Part shown: in pieces, positions 1 through 8,824 of the stretch
Numbering within the stretch: the first letter of the stretch is position 1
How the letters are laid out: each line of letters starts with the position of its first letter
Assembly (NCBI GenBank): GCA_001778985.1
Contig: MFIU01000002.1
Span: 139,930 to 203,929 of the forward strand
Reading direction: 5' to 3'
Length of the DNA stretch: 64,000 nucleotides
Origin: Candidatus Giovannonibacteria bacterium RIFOXYD1_FULL_48_21
Lineage (GTDB): Bacteria > Patescibacteriota > Minisyncoccia > JACPKW01 > UBA11713
The notes under the pieces: generated by a model
Database searches by the model: none
Told to the model about the DNA's origin: nothing
What the model saw: only the letters and a program-made list of their open reading frames with translations
Translations under genes and position numbers: made by a program

Positions 1-53
1 ATGACAATACTTAAACTAAGAAAGGATATTGCGAAAAGTCTTGTATTTTTCAT
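1..53 (-). CDS. 5' end of a divergent gene with a signal-peptide-like N-terminus (partial)
   Basis: ATG at 53 reads MKNTRLFAISFLSLSIV off the window edge; TTGACA and a TATTAT/TATATA box lie upstream on the minus strand. Confidence 0.5.
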   Translation of the reverse strand, partial: MKNTRLFAISFLSLSIV

Positions 54-69
54 AGATACTTTATATAAT
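41..69 (+). promoter_or_regulatory. sigma70-type promoter for the 94..2569 operon
   Basis: TTGTAT (41-46), 17 bp, TATAAT (64-69). Confidence 0.55.
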
Positions 70-93
70 ATTGCATCCTAAAAAGATGTCAAG

Positions 94-807
94 ATGATAA
101 GTTTTAAAGGAAAAAAGATTTTAATCTTAGCCCCTCATCCCGATGATGAGATTTTAGGGTGCGGGGGCTTAATCTCGCGCGCCAAAAGAGAAGGCGCGAA
201 AATATATGTCCTCTATTTTACGGCCGGGACCACTAAAGATTTTTCAGAAAAGGGTTTTTCCACGAAAGAAGAAAGACTCGAAGAAATAAAAAAGGTGGCG
301 CGATTTCTGAAATTCGACGGCTGGAAGATAATTTTTCCCGGCGAAGATTATCATCTTTCTTTGGATAAACTGCCGCAAAAAACCATCATCAACGAAATCG
401 AACGCGGTTCCAAAATTTCTCTTGAAACGATAAAGCCTTCTCTCCTCTTAATCCCTCATCACCAAGACTATAACCAAGACCATCGGGCGGTCGGCCTGGC
501 CTCGGTAGCCGCCACCAGGCCGGCGCTTCGCACCCATAAAAGCCTGCAGCCGTTCGTCTTGAGCTACGAGTACTCTTCAAGCCATTGGAATGTTTCTCAA
601 AACGGTTCTGACAAAAACTTCTTCGTGGAATTGACCAAAAACGATATCGCCAAAAAGCTGCGAGCTCTTTCGCTGTACAAATCGCAAATGAAACCCCATC
701 CCCATCCGCACTCCCTAAAATCGGTAAAACTTTTTGCTGAGTTAAGGGGTACTCAAATCGGAACGAATCTGGCGGAAGCGTTTTTGGCCACCCGAGTTAC
801 GGTATGA
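94..807 (+). CDS. PIG-L/LmbE family N-acetylhexosamine deacetylase
   Basis: APHPDDE motif, DYNQDH motif, C-terminal AEAF. Confidence 0.9.
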   Translation: MISFKGKKILILAPHPDDEILGCGGLISRAKREGAKIYVLYFTAGTTKDFSEKGFSTKEERLEEIKKVARFLKFDGWKIIFPGEDYHLSLDKLPQKTIINEIERGSKISLETIKPSLLLIPHHQDYNQDHRAVGLASVAATRPALRTHKSLQPFVLSYEYSSSHWNVSQNGSDKNFFVELTKNDIAKKLRALSLYKSQMKPHPHPHSLKSVKLFAELRGTQIGTNLAEAFLATRVTV

Positions 808-1460
808 TTATCGCCTCCCATCAGCCCAACCATCTCCCCAATCTCGGCTTTTTCTACAAGATGGCCAAGGCGGAACTTTTCGTCATAATTACCAATCTCC
901 AATTCGAAAAACAAGAGGGCTGGCAACAACGGCATAAAATCAAAGGGCCGAACGGGGATATCTGGCTGACCGTGCCCGTATTCGGTTCGCAGAATCAAAG
1001 AATAAAAGAGGTTAAAATAAACAATGAGCTTGGGTGGGCTAAAAAACATAAAAGAACAATGGAGCTGACGTATAAGAAAAGCGCGGAGAAAGAACTTATT
1101 TCTAAAATCTTGGAAGTTTATGACCAGAAATGGGAACGCCTCGCGGATTTAAACCTCGCCCTGATTAAAATTATGAAAGAGGAATTAAAGATTCCGACTC
1201 CGCTCGCGGTTGACGAGGAGGTGGAAGGAAATAAAGAAACGCTTCTCATAAACGTCTGCAAAAAATACGGCGGCGATGTTTACCTCTCGGGCCTGGGCGC
1301 CAAAGATTATCTGAATGAGGAACGCCTGGCGGAGCTTCGCAAAAATAATATCGCGCATCGCTTCGTGGAAAAAAACATCACTAGAGAATACCCTTATTCC
1401 ACATTGCATTATTTACTCACCGAAGGGCCGAAATGGACTTCAAATATAATCAGCAGCTAA
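804..1460 (+). CDS. WbqC-like protein (putative glycyltransferase)
   Basis: HQPNHLPNLGFFYK N-terminus, WLTVPV, YLSGLGAKDYL. Confidence 0.88.
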   Translation: MIIASHQPNHLPNLGFFYKMAKAELFVIITNLQFEKQEGWQQRHKIKGPNGDIWLTVPVFGSQNQRIKEVKINNELGWAKKHKRTMELTYKKSAEKELISKILEVYDQKWERLADLNLALIKIMKEELKIPTPLAVDEEVEGNKETLLINVCKKYGGDVYLSGLGAKDYLNEERLAELRKNNIAHRFVEKNITREYPYSTLHYLLTEGPKWTSNIISS

Positions 1461-2569
1461 TCTGGGTTATCCGGGCGATTATTCTGGTGGCCGGAGGATA
1501 TTTCCTTTTAACCCGAGGTTGGTTTTTGCCGCCGGAGATTTATGTAAAAGAGGACGCTGAACCTCAAGAAATTCAACTGCTGGGATGGATTCCCTATTGG
1601 GACCAAAAAAATTCTTTCGAATCTTTTCAAAAAAACGTAGAACTTTTTGATTATGTCTCGCTTTTCTGGTATCGTCTCGATGCCGCGGGCGATATTAAAA
1701 CCTATGACGCGGCCTTCGAAGACGAAGAAATAATAAATTTTGCCCGCAAAAATAACGTAAAAGTACTCGCCGTAGTGGCCAATCTTCCGGATTATTTTGA
1801 GGGGGGCAATTGGGATTACAAACGGGTTGATAAAGTAATCTCCTCCACCGCCGCCAGAAAGGCCCATATCCAAGTTCTAATCGGACTTGCCGCCGAACAT
1901 AATTTTGATGGAATAAACATCGACTATGAGGCCTTGAAGAGAAACCAGCGGGAAAATTTCACGGCGTTTATCGAAGAGTTCGCCCAAGCTCTCCACAAAG
2001 AAGGAAAAATTCTCGGAGTCGCGATTCACCCGAAGACTTCTGAAAATAATCCCGCGGAAGATAATGGTTCGGCCGCACAAGATTGGAAAAGACTCGCCCA
2101 ATCCGCTGACCAGCTTTATCTTATGACTTACAGCGAACACTATCTTGGAAGTTTTCCAGGACCAAACGCTTCTCCGGCTTGGGTGGATAAAATTCTGGAT
2201 TACGCCGTAAACAAAGTAAAGGTGCCTCGTGAAAAAATTTTCATGGGTGTCCCCTTCTACGGCCACGATTGGGCCCAAAATAGATTCGGCCTTTATCACG
2301 GGATTGACGATGATTTGACGTTTGATAAAGCGATGTCCTTAAGCAGAAGATACGAGACCGAAATACTTTTTGATAAAACATCAGAGACTCCCTATTTAAC
2401 TTATGAGCGCGGCGGAGAGACGCATGTCGCCTGGTTTGAAAACGCAGACAGCCTAAAAGCTAAATTGGAACTTCGAGAAAAATATAACATTCCCAATCTC
2501 GCCTTCTGGCGCCTGGGAGGAGAAGACCCGACAACTTGGGAAATATTGAAAAACTTCAAGGACCGATAG
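1433..2569 (+). CDS. membrane-anchored glycoside hydrolase family 18 (YaaH/chitinase-like)
   Basis: N-terminal TM helix; FDGINIDYE catalytic motif; LMTY, GVPFYG, WFEN, FWRLGGED. Confidence 0.88.
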   Translation: MDFKYNQQLIWVIRAIILVAGGYFLLTRGWFLPPEIYVKEDAEPQEIQLLGWIPYWDQKNSFESFQKNVELFDYVSLFWYRLDAAGDIKTYDAAFEDEEIINFARKNNVKVLAVVANLPDYFEGGNWDYKRVDKVISSTAARKAHIQVLIGLAAEHNFDGINIDYEALKRNQRENFTAFIEEFAQALHKEGKILGVAIHPKTSENNPAEDNGSAAQDWKRLAQSADQLYLMTYSEHYLGSFPGPNASPAWVDKILDYAVNKVKVPREKIFMGVPFYGHDWAQNRFGLYHGIDDDLTFDKAMSLSRRYETEILFDKTSETPYLTYERGGETHVAWFENADSLKAKLELREKYNIPNLAFWRLGGEDPTTWEILKNFKDR

Positions 2570-3980
2570 TAACTTGAGTCGCTCTTCGCCGGGGACTCGT
2601 CCAAGCGCCAGTGGATTTCACCGCGAAAGCCAGCGGCAAAGTATACAGATACATAAAAGCGTCAATATAGCGTATTACAAAAAATCCCAGCCCATAGAAC
2701 AATAATTCCGGCCTTCTCTCCAGGACTGCGGCTATAGCCGTAAGAATATAATCCATAATAAAAACACCCACCAAGATATCCATAAAAGTTAAACTGTCCA
2801 CCCAAGTGATGATAAACCAACTGGGCAACGTGACGGGTTCGAAACCATCCATAAAGAACCACAAAATCAAAAGGGGCAAACATAAAATAAACGCGGAATA
2901 AAGAGCCATTTCTATTACGAAAGAGCCGGTGGCTAGCCAAAAGAAACTCGGCCAAAATCCATTTCGCCGCACGGTCTGCCAAAAACCAAGGTACCAGCGT
3001 CTAATCTGTTTTATATAATCGTTAAGGGTATAGGGGTCCTGATGAACGCCACTCACCCTGGTGTCATACGCAATTTTCCCCAGCCTCTTCTTGTGCAATT
3101 CAAAAGTCATATTAAAATCCTCAATCACGAGATTTGGGGCGTCAATTTCGAGTTTAGACAGAGCCGAGGCGCGATAAATACTCGGACTGCCAGGAACAAT
3201 ATAGGTAGTGTTGGAGTACTTCCAAGTTTGACCGTAGCGCATACCGTATTGAACCAAGCGCCAGAGCCTAACCCGATACGCCAGAAAGAATTTAGCCCAC
3301 GAAACGCCTCTTTCCTCTGGCCATTTAGTGGAGCCATGCCCGGCTACCGCCACCACTTTAGGGTCATCGAATAATGGAAGGGCGTATTGGAGATAAAAAG
3401 GAGAAACTTCCGCGTCGGCGTCCACTATCATTATGGCTCGATAACGCTCCGAGAGCTTAAAATTTCGCAGCAGAAAAACAAGCACCCCTGCCTTGCCGCG
3501 ATTAGGGTTGATGTCAGCGACATTCACTCCTAGTTCACGGGCGAGTTCGGCGGTGCGGTCCGTTGAAGCATCGGAGCCGACATAAATGTTTTGGGCGGGA
3601 ATAATTTTTTTTAAAGCCTTAAGGGTTGCCGCAATCGACAGCTCCTCGTTATGCGCGGGCACCATTGCGCAAGTTTCTTGGGGAGTGATTCTTTGGACGG
3701 CCAAATGGAGCTTGGTTCTAGCCTCGCGTTTTTTACGCACCCATTGGGCAGCCGGTCTCAAAACACCGCCCAGAATAACAACCATTAAAAGAAAAAACAT
3801 TAAAAGCGCCAGTTTTCCGAATAACGCGAAAACTCGGATTATTTTCCATGAAGCTCGGAGAGTTTTTTTCTGCCGAGAAGAATTAAATCTCTCCAAAGAA
3901 GCTCGGACCAACCCGATGAAGGCCCAAAAGGTAAAGTTGAAGCCGATAAGCGCGAAACTTCCTAAAACTATCCAGGTCAT
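2556..3980 (-). CDS. processive GT2 membrane glycosyltransferase (PgaC/IcaA/chitin-synthase-like)
   Basis: PAHNEE, GSDASTD, GKA, VDAD, IED, QIRRW motifs and flanking TM helices; ATG at 3980 preferred over the upstream non-ATG start. Confidence 0.85.
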   Translation of the reverse strand: MTWIVLGSFALIGFNFTFWAFIGLVRASLERFNSSRQKKTLRASWKIIRVFALFGKLALLMFFLLMVVILGGVLRPAAQWVRKKREARTKLHLAVQRITPQETCAMVPAHNEELSIAATLKALKKIIPAQNIYVGSDASTDRTAELARELGVNVADINPNRGKAGVLVFLLRNFKLSERYRAIMIVDADAEVSPFYLQYALPLFDDPKVVAVAGHGSTKWPEERGVSWAKFFLAYRVRLWRLVQYGMRYGQTWKYSNTTYIVPGSPSIYRASALSKLEIDAPNLVIEDFNMTFELHKKRLGKIAYDTRVSGVHQDPYTLNDYIKQIRRWYLGFWQTVRRNGFWPSFFWLATGSFVIEMALYSAFILCLPLLILWFFMDGFEPVTLPSWFIITWVDSLTFMDILVGVFIMDYILTAIAAVLERRPELLFYGLGFFVIRYIDAFMYLYTLPLAFAVKSTGAWTSPRRRATQVTIGP

Positions 3981-4039
3981 TTTAAAACCCAAGACTAGCA
4001 CCCAAAATCTATCTAATCAACATCACCTCATGACACTTT

Positions 4040-4225
4040 TTATATTTCTTCAACGCCTAGGTCACGACAAATTTTCTTCGCGAGGAATTTGCTAATTTCA
4101 TTATGGCGCGGGGTTGTAGATGATCTCCTCGTCAAAGGATTAAAAAAGACGCTATGCTTAGCGCCTTCTCGAACAAAGATGCAGCCCTCTTTCAAAAGAT
4201 GCTTAATGAGTTGCTGGCGCTTCAC
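4040..4225 (-). CDS. hicA: HicA family toxin (mRNA interferase)
   Basis: 61 aa, REGAKHSVF and PRHNEI motifs. Confidence 0.88.
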   Translation of the reverse strand: MKRQQLIKHLLKEGCIFVREGAKHSVFFNPLTRRSSTTPRHNEISKFLAKKICRDLGVEEI

Positions 4226-4440
4226 TAACCAGGAAGGGTAATTAATTCACGAACGGCCCCTCGCCCCGCTGATTTATTAAGGGCGCGGTTGGTTTCTAAA
4301 ATAAGAGTCAGAGCTTCTTGAAGATTTTCTTTTGTTTCTTTGAGGGTTTTTCCTTGAGTATTCACGCCCGGAATTTCTTCAACCCAGCCCAAATACCATT
4401 TACCTTGTTTTTTATATACAGCAGTGAAACATTGCTTCAT
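4225..4440 (-). CDS. hicB: HicB family antitoxin (short, no DNA-binding domain)
   Basis: EEIPGVNTQGKTLKETKENLQEAL; TAG/GTG overlap with hicA. Confidence 0.88.
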   Translation of the reverse strand: MKQCFTAVYKKQGKWYLGWVEEIPGVNTQGKTLKETKENLQEALTLILETNRALNKSAGRGAVRELITLPG

Positions 4441-4477
4441 ATAAATTTAGGATACCACACCAAACTATTAAATCAAG

Positions 4478-6904
4478 TTACTTCCCGTGGCATTTTTTAT
4501 ATTTCTTGCCCGAGCCGCAGAAACAGGGGTCGTTGCGGCCAGGCTCTTTCTTGCCTTGAGCCGCTACTTTCGACACAACCACTTTCTTCTCTTCCGGATG
4601 CTGATGCGCTCCCAAATGCTTTATCAAATGCGAAAATTGGGTCGCGAAGGAATCTTCCAGAGCGCGAAAAAGGCGAATCGCTTCGTTTTTATACTCTATC
4701 AAAGGGTCTCTCTGGCCGTAAGCGCGAAGACGCACACTGGAGCGCATATGCTCCATCATCTCCAAATGTTCCATCCAAAGAATGTCAATCGTACGCAGGA
4801 GCAGGCTTCTTAGAGCCGGAAGGAAAGCCGCGCCCAGCTCCTCTTCTTTTTTCTTCAAAACTTCATCGGTAATTTCCTCCGTCAAATATTGCTTCGAAAT
4901 CACGCGAAACTCCTCGTCCGAGCTGAAGAGAATTTTTTTTCGCTCGGAATAAACGGCGCGGCGCTGTTTATTCATCACGTCGTCGTATTCCAGAAGATGT
5001 TTTCTCGCGTCAAAGTTAAAGCCTTCGATCTTGGCCTGGGCGGATTCAAGCGCCGAGGAAATGAGTTTGGCCTCAATCGGCTCGTCCTCGGCGAGTCCAA
5101 AAGTTCCCATCATTCCCTTTATTCTTTCCGAGCCGAAAATGCGCAGGAGGTCGTCTTCCAAGGAAACAAAAAATTGGCTCGCGCCCGGGTCGCCCTGGCG
5201 GCCGGAGCGTCCCCGGAGCTGGTTGTCGATTCGGCGCGCCTCATGGCGCTCGGTGCCGAGAATAAATAAACCTCCGGCGCCTCGAACTTTCTCGGCGCTT
5301 TTGGGATCGGGTGGATTACCTCCAAGTATTATGTCTACACCTCTACCAGCTATATTAGTGGCAAGGGTAACTTTGCCGATCCCTCCAGCCTGCGCGATAA
5401 TCTGGGCTTCTTGTTCGTGGTTTTTGGCGTTCAAAACTTCGTGCGCCACACCTTCCCTTTTCAAAACCGCCGACAGCCGCTCGTTTTTTTCAATCGAAAC
5501 CGTGCCAATCAAAACCGGCTGTCCTTTTTGGTGCAGCGCCCGCACTTCATTGGCCACAGCTTTCCACTTTCCGGATTCGGTCTGGTAAACTCGGTCCGGA
5601 TAATCTTGGCGAATCATAGGCTGATTGGTAGGAATCTCCGCCACTTCCAGATTATAAACTTTGTGAAATTCCTCGGCGGAAGTGGCCGCGGTTCCGGTCA
5701 TGCCCGAAAGTTTTTTGTAGAGCCGAAAGTAATTTTGAAAAGTAATCGTGGCCAAAGTGCGCGACTCCTGCCGCACTGCCACTCCTTCTTTCGCCTCCAC
5801 GGCCTGGTGCAGTCCCTCGGACCATCTGCGTCCCGGCATCAAGCGTCCGGTAAACTCATCCACGATAATAACTTCGCCGTTCTTAACCACGTAGTCGCGC
5901 TCGCGCTTGAAAATGGCCTGAGCCCGCAAGGCCTGCTCCAGATGATGGACGTATTTGATTCCTTTCTCGGTATAAATATCTTTCAGGCCTAAAAGTCGCT
6001 CCGCCTTCTCAATGCCCTCTTCGGTAAGGGTGGCGGCCCGATGCTTTTCGTCCACTTTATAATCCTCCTCTTTCTTCAAATTCGGAACGACTTTGGCGAA
6101 AACCCGATAAAGCTCCCCGGATTCGGTGTCAGGGGCGGAAATAATCAGCGGAGTCCTGGCTTCGTCAATCAAAATTGAATCCACTTCGTCCACGATGGCG
6201 AAATTATGCTCGGCTTGAACCATCGCCTCCGGGGAATAGGCCATATTGTCCCGCAGATAATCAAAACCAAATTCGTGGTTGGTCCCGTAAGTGATGTCGG
6301 CTTGATAAGCCTCGCGCCTGGAACAAGGCCGTAAAAACTCGTGGACGACTTGAAAAGCGCCAAGCGTATCCCGCGCGGCGTCTTTTTCATTGTGAGCCGC
6401 GTCATACAGATAACTCGCTTCGTGATTCAGCACCCCCACCGTCAGCCCCAGCGCGTTGTAAATCTGTCCCATCCAGACGGCATCGCGCCTGGAAAGGTAA
6501 TCGTTCACGGTTACAATATGGACCCCCTTGTCCGAAAGCGCATTTAAATATGCCGGAAGGGTAGCAACGAGAGTTTTCCCCTCGCCGGTTTTCATCTCCG
6601 CGATTTTTCCCTGATGCAAAACTATGCCGCCCAAAAGCTGGACGTCATAATGGCGTTGACCCAGGGTGCGCTTCGCAGCCTCACGGACGAGCGCGAAAGC
6701 TTCCGGCAGAATCTCATCTAATCCGCCAGCTGGCGGATTGCCTTCCTCCAAGCGCTCTTTAAATTCTTGAGTTTTGTTTTTTAAATCTTCGTTCGAAAGC
6801 TTTTCAAATTCCGGCTCCAAAACATTGATTTCCTGAACCGTCGGTTCAAGTTTTTTAATCAGACGTTCGGCCGAACTTCCAAAAATCTTCGCGAGGACGT
6901 TCAT
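4478..6904 (-). CDS. secA: preprotein translocase ATPase SecA
   Basis: [40 protein letters not shown]-terminal [22 protein letters not shown]; ATG at 6904. Confidence 0.98.
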   Translation of the reverse strand: MNVLAKIFGSSAERLIKKLEPTVQEINVLEPEFEKLSNEDLKNKTQEFKERLEEGNPPAGGLDEILPEAFALVREAAKRTLGQRHYDVQLLGGIVLHQGKIAEMKTGEGKTLVATLPAYLNALSDKGVHIVTVNDYLSRRDAVWMGQIYNALGLTVGVLNHEASYLYDAAHNEKDAARDTLGAFQVVHEFLRPCSRREAYQADITYGTNHEFGFDYLRDNMAYSPEAMVQAEHNFAIVDEVDSILIDEARTPLIISAPDTESGELYRVFAKVVPNLKKEEDYKVDEKHRAATLTEEGIEKAERLLGLKDIYTEKGIKYVHHLEQALRAQAIFKRERDYVVKNGEVIIVDEFTGRLMPGRRWSEGLHQAVEAKEGVAVRQESRTLATITFQNYFRLYKKLSGMTGTAATSAEEFHKVYNLEVAEIPTNQPMIRQDYPDRVYQTESGKWKAVANEVRALHQKGQPVLIGTVSIEKNERLSAVLKREGVAHEVLNAKNHEQEAQIIAQAGGIGKVTLATNIAGRGVDIILGGNPPDPKSAEKVRGAGGLFILGTERHEARRIDNQLRGRSGRQGDPGASQFFVSLEDDLLRIFGSERIKGMMGTFGLAEDEPIEAKLISSALESAQAKIEGFNFDARKHLLEYDDVMNKQRRAVYSERKKILFSSDEEFRVISKQYLTEEITDEVLKKKEEELGAAFLPALRSLLLRTIDILWMEHLEMMEHMRSSVRLRAYGQRDPLIEYKNEAIRLFRALEDSFATQFSHLIKHLGAHQHPEEKKVVVSKVAAQGKKEPGRNDPCFCGSGKKYKKCHGK
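6720..6739. repeat. perfect 20-bp palindrome inside secA
   Basis: AATCCGCCAGCTGGCGGATT; related copy at 63197-63212. Confidence 0.8.
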
Positions 6905-6972
6905 AAAAACCCATAATAACTCAAACACCGCGCACTTTTCAAGCGCGCGGCGCGAGTTGGTTCATATTTTCC

Positions 6973-7521
6973 TCATTCAGCGTTCAGGAAGACGGCGGCG
7001 GCAAAGACTGTGGTCCAGAGCCCTTCCTTGTTGCCTATGGCAGACTGGGTGATGTTGGTGGTACGGATAATCTGCCCTGAAGCTTTGAAAAGCTGTTCCT
7101 TTTCGTCCCAAGCCGAGTCGAAATTGAATTCTATGCCAAGCGTGGTCGCAAGCATGGAGGCCGCCAAATCCTCGGCGTAGTCCCCCGCTTTCTCGTCGGT
7201 TTCCCCGAAGGCGTGGTGCTCGGAAAGATACCCGTGCATCGCGGAATCGGCGGGGACAGCCAAACCGACAGAGGCGGCAATCAGGCGGTTCGGCTCGTTG
7301 GTTGATTCGCGGTCGTACACCGCGAACACAACTTCGCCCGGCGCGAGAAACTTTAAACCTTCATCCCGCGGAAGAATTTTACAGCCGGGTGGATAAATGC
7401 TGGAAACTAAAACTAAGTTGCAGGGGGCAAGCCCTGCCGTTCGAAGTGCCAGCTCGAACGAAGCAAGCCTTTCTTTATGCACCCCAACTCCCTTGGTAAA
7501 GAAAACTGCCTTAGGAACCAT
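6973..7521 (-). CDS. pdaD: pyruvoyl-dependent arginine decarboxylase
   Basis: [27 protein letters not shown] self-cleavage site, GYLSEHH. Confidence 0.9.
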   Translation of the reverse strand: MVPKAVFFTKGVGVHKERLASFELALRTAGLAPCNLVLVSSIYPPGCKILPRDEGLKFLAPGEVVFAVYDRESTNEPNRLIAASVGLAVPADSAMHGYLSEHHAFGETDEKAGDYAEDLAASMLATTLGIEFNFDSAWDEKEQLFKASGQIIRTTNITQSAIGNKEGLWTTVFAAAVFLNAE

Positions 7522-7576
7522 TTTCCCATACTAACAACGGCGGTTCAAAAAATACAGATGTGGAAAACCAAAAAAA

Positions 7577-7996
7577 TTATTTTCTGCGAATCCAACGGTA
7601 AAAACTGCCGGCTCGCTGGGCAAGCCGCGTGAAATGCAGGCGTTCTTTTAATTTTCGGGCGGAGCGCAAAAATTTTGAGGCACGCTTTCCCTTATACTCC
7701 CTGATTTCCCTCTCAAGCTCATCCTTGGCCTCGTCAATAGCCCCCTCCAGACTCTCGCTCAAAGCCTGGGCGTAAAGAGTTTCACTTTCGCGCGGCAGGG
7801 CTAAATTAACCTCGCATTTCCAGATTCTGCCCTCTTCATGGTGTCTGGTGGTCTTGGCCAGTTCCACGTCTAAAATATGCTCGGGTGGAAATTCCCGGCC
7901 CATTCTTTTTTCCAATGGAGCCAGAAGCTTTTCTTCGGCGATGATTTTCAGGCCGACGGTAAGTTTAAAACCAGTGGCTTTGATGCGAAGCTGCAT
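7577..7996 (-). CDS. hpf: ribosome hibernation factor HPF/RaiA family
   Basis: MQLRIKATGFKLT N-terminus, VELAKTTRHH, AIDEAKDELEREI helix. Confidence 0.8.
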   Translation of the reverse strand: MQLRIKATGFKLTVGLKIIAEEKLLAPLEKRMGREFPPEHILDVELAKTTRHHEEGRIWKCEVNLALPRESETLYAQALSESLEGAIDEAKDELEREIREYKGKRASKFLRSARKLKERLHFTRLAQRAGSFYRWIRRK

Positions 7997-8004
7997 AATT
8001 CTTT

Positions 8005-8068
8005 TAAGGCCCGGGAGAGGTTGACTCCAAACTACGTCGTTGTGTGAGTACCAGTCTCCCGGGCCTTA
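8005..8068 (-). ncRNA. long hairpin in the hpf 5' region (candidate cis-regulatory or small RNA)
   Basis: 14-bp stem TAAGGCCCGGGAGA (8005-8018) / TCTCCCGGGCCTTA (8055-8068); minus-strand TATAAT at 8072-8077. Confidence 0.5.
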
Positions 8069-8079
8069 TTCATTATAAC

Positions 8080-8157
8080 CCAAATACAAAATCCCGGTTT
8101 TACCGGGATTTTGTAAGACGTAGTTAGATTCTCCAACCGAAGCCGGAGAAACTCACT
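8080..8157 (-). ncRNA. candidate ~75-nt small RNA
   Basis: own promoter, hairpin UUCUCCGGC-UUCG-GUUGGAGAA with a cUUCGg tetraloop, then a terminator; no ORF. Confidence 0.5.
8085..8115 (-). terminator. intrinsic-terminator-like hairpin
   Basis: TACAAAATCCCGG-tttta-CCGGGATTTTGTA, 13-bp perfect stem. Confidence 0.7.
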
Positions 8158-8162
8158 TTCGC

Positions 8163-8192
8163 ATTATAGCAAAACTCTATTCCAAAAGTCAA
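8163..8192 (-). promoter_or_regulatory. sigma70 promoter (extended -10)
   Basis: TTGACT, 18 bp, TG-n-TATAAT on the minus strand. Confidence 0.65.
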
Positions 8193-8227
8193 GTTTTAAT
8201 CTATAATAGCGTGAATAGGTTTGAAAT

Positions 8228-8824
8228 ATGCGAGATAGAAAGATTTACGAGGTTTCCAAGCGTCTTTTAGACATAATCCTGACAATTTTAGCCATAATCC
8301 CCGCTGCTTTGCTTTTTCCGCTCATCGCGCTCGCCATAAAGCTCGATTCCGAGGGCCCGGTCTTCTATAAGCAAAAACGGGTAGGGAGATACGGACAGGA
8401 GTTCTGGCTTTTAAAATACCGCTCCATGGTTAAAAATGCCCACGAGCTCGGTGGCTGGAAGGGAAACGGTCCGGATTTGCGGCATACCCGCGTGGGGATG
8501 ATTTTGCGAAAAAGTTACCTGGACGAACTACCACAAATCATAAACATTTTGAAGGGCGAAATGTCTTTTGTCGGACCCAGGCCGGAGCGGCCGGAATATG
8601 TCGGCGAGCTGAAACAAAAAGTTCCCTCGTACGAAAAAAGGCTGGCGGTCCCGCCTGGAATTACGGGCTGGGCGCAGGTAAACATGGAAAACGACGCTTC
8701 GGTGGAAGACGCCCCAGAAAAGATAAAATACGACCTCTACTACATTGAAAACCGCTCGCTCTGGTTCGACCTCTTAATTATTTTCAAGACGATTTTTATA
8801 GTTCTGCGCCGCGAAGGACGTTAG
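8228..8824 (+). CDS. monotopic phosphoglycosyl transferase (bacterial sugar transferase, PglC/WcaJ C-terminal type)
   Basis: KRLLDI, GPVFYKQKRVG, KYRSM, LDELPQ, MSFVGPRPE, PGITGWAQV, YDLYY. Confidence 0.93.
   Translation: MRDRKIYEVSKRLLDIILTILAIIPAALLFPLIALAIKLDSEGPVFYKQKRVGRYGQEFWLLKYRSMVKNAHELGGWKGNGPDLRHTRVGMILRKSYLDELPQIINILKGEMSFVGPRPERPEYVGELKQKVPSYEKRLAVPPGITGWAQVNMENDASVEDAPEKIKYDLYYIENRSLWFDLLIIFKTIFIVLRREGR

Noticed and set aside
8005-8160. raiA-motif RNA, SRP RNA, 6S RNA or tRNA
   Set aside because: No recognisable consensus (no SRP helix-8 motif, no cloverleaf), and it is split by a terminator; kept as an unnamed candidate pending an Rfam search
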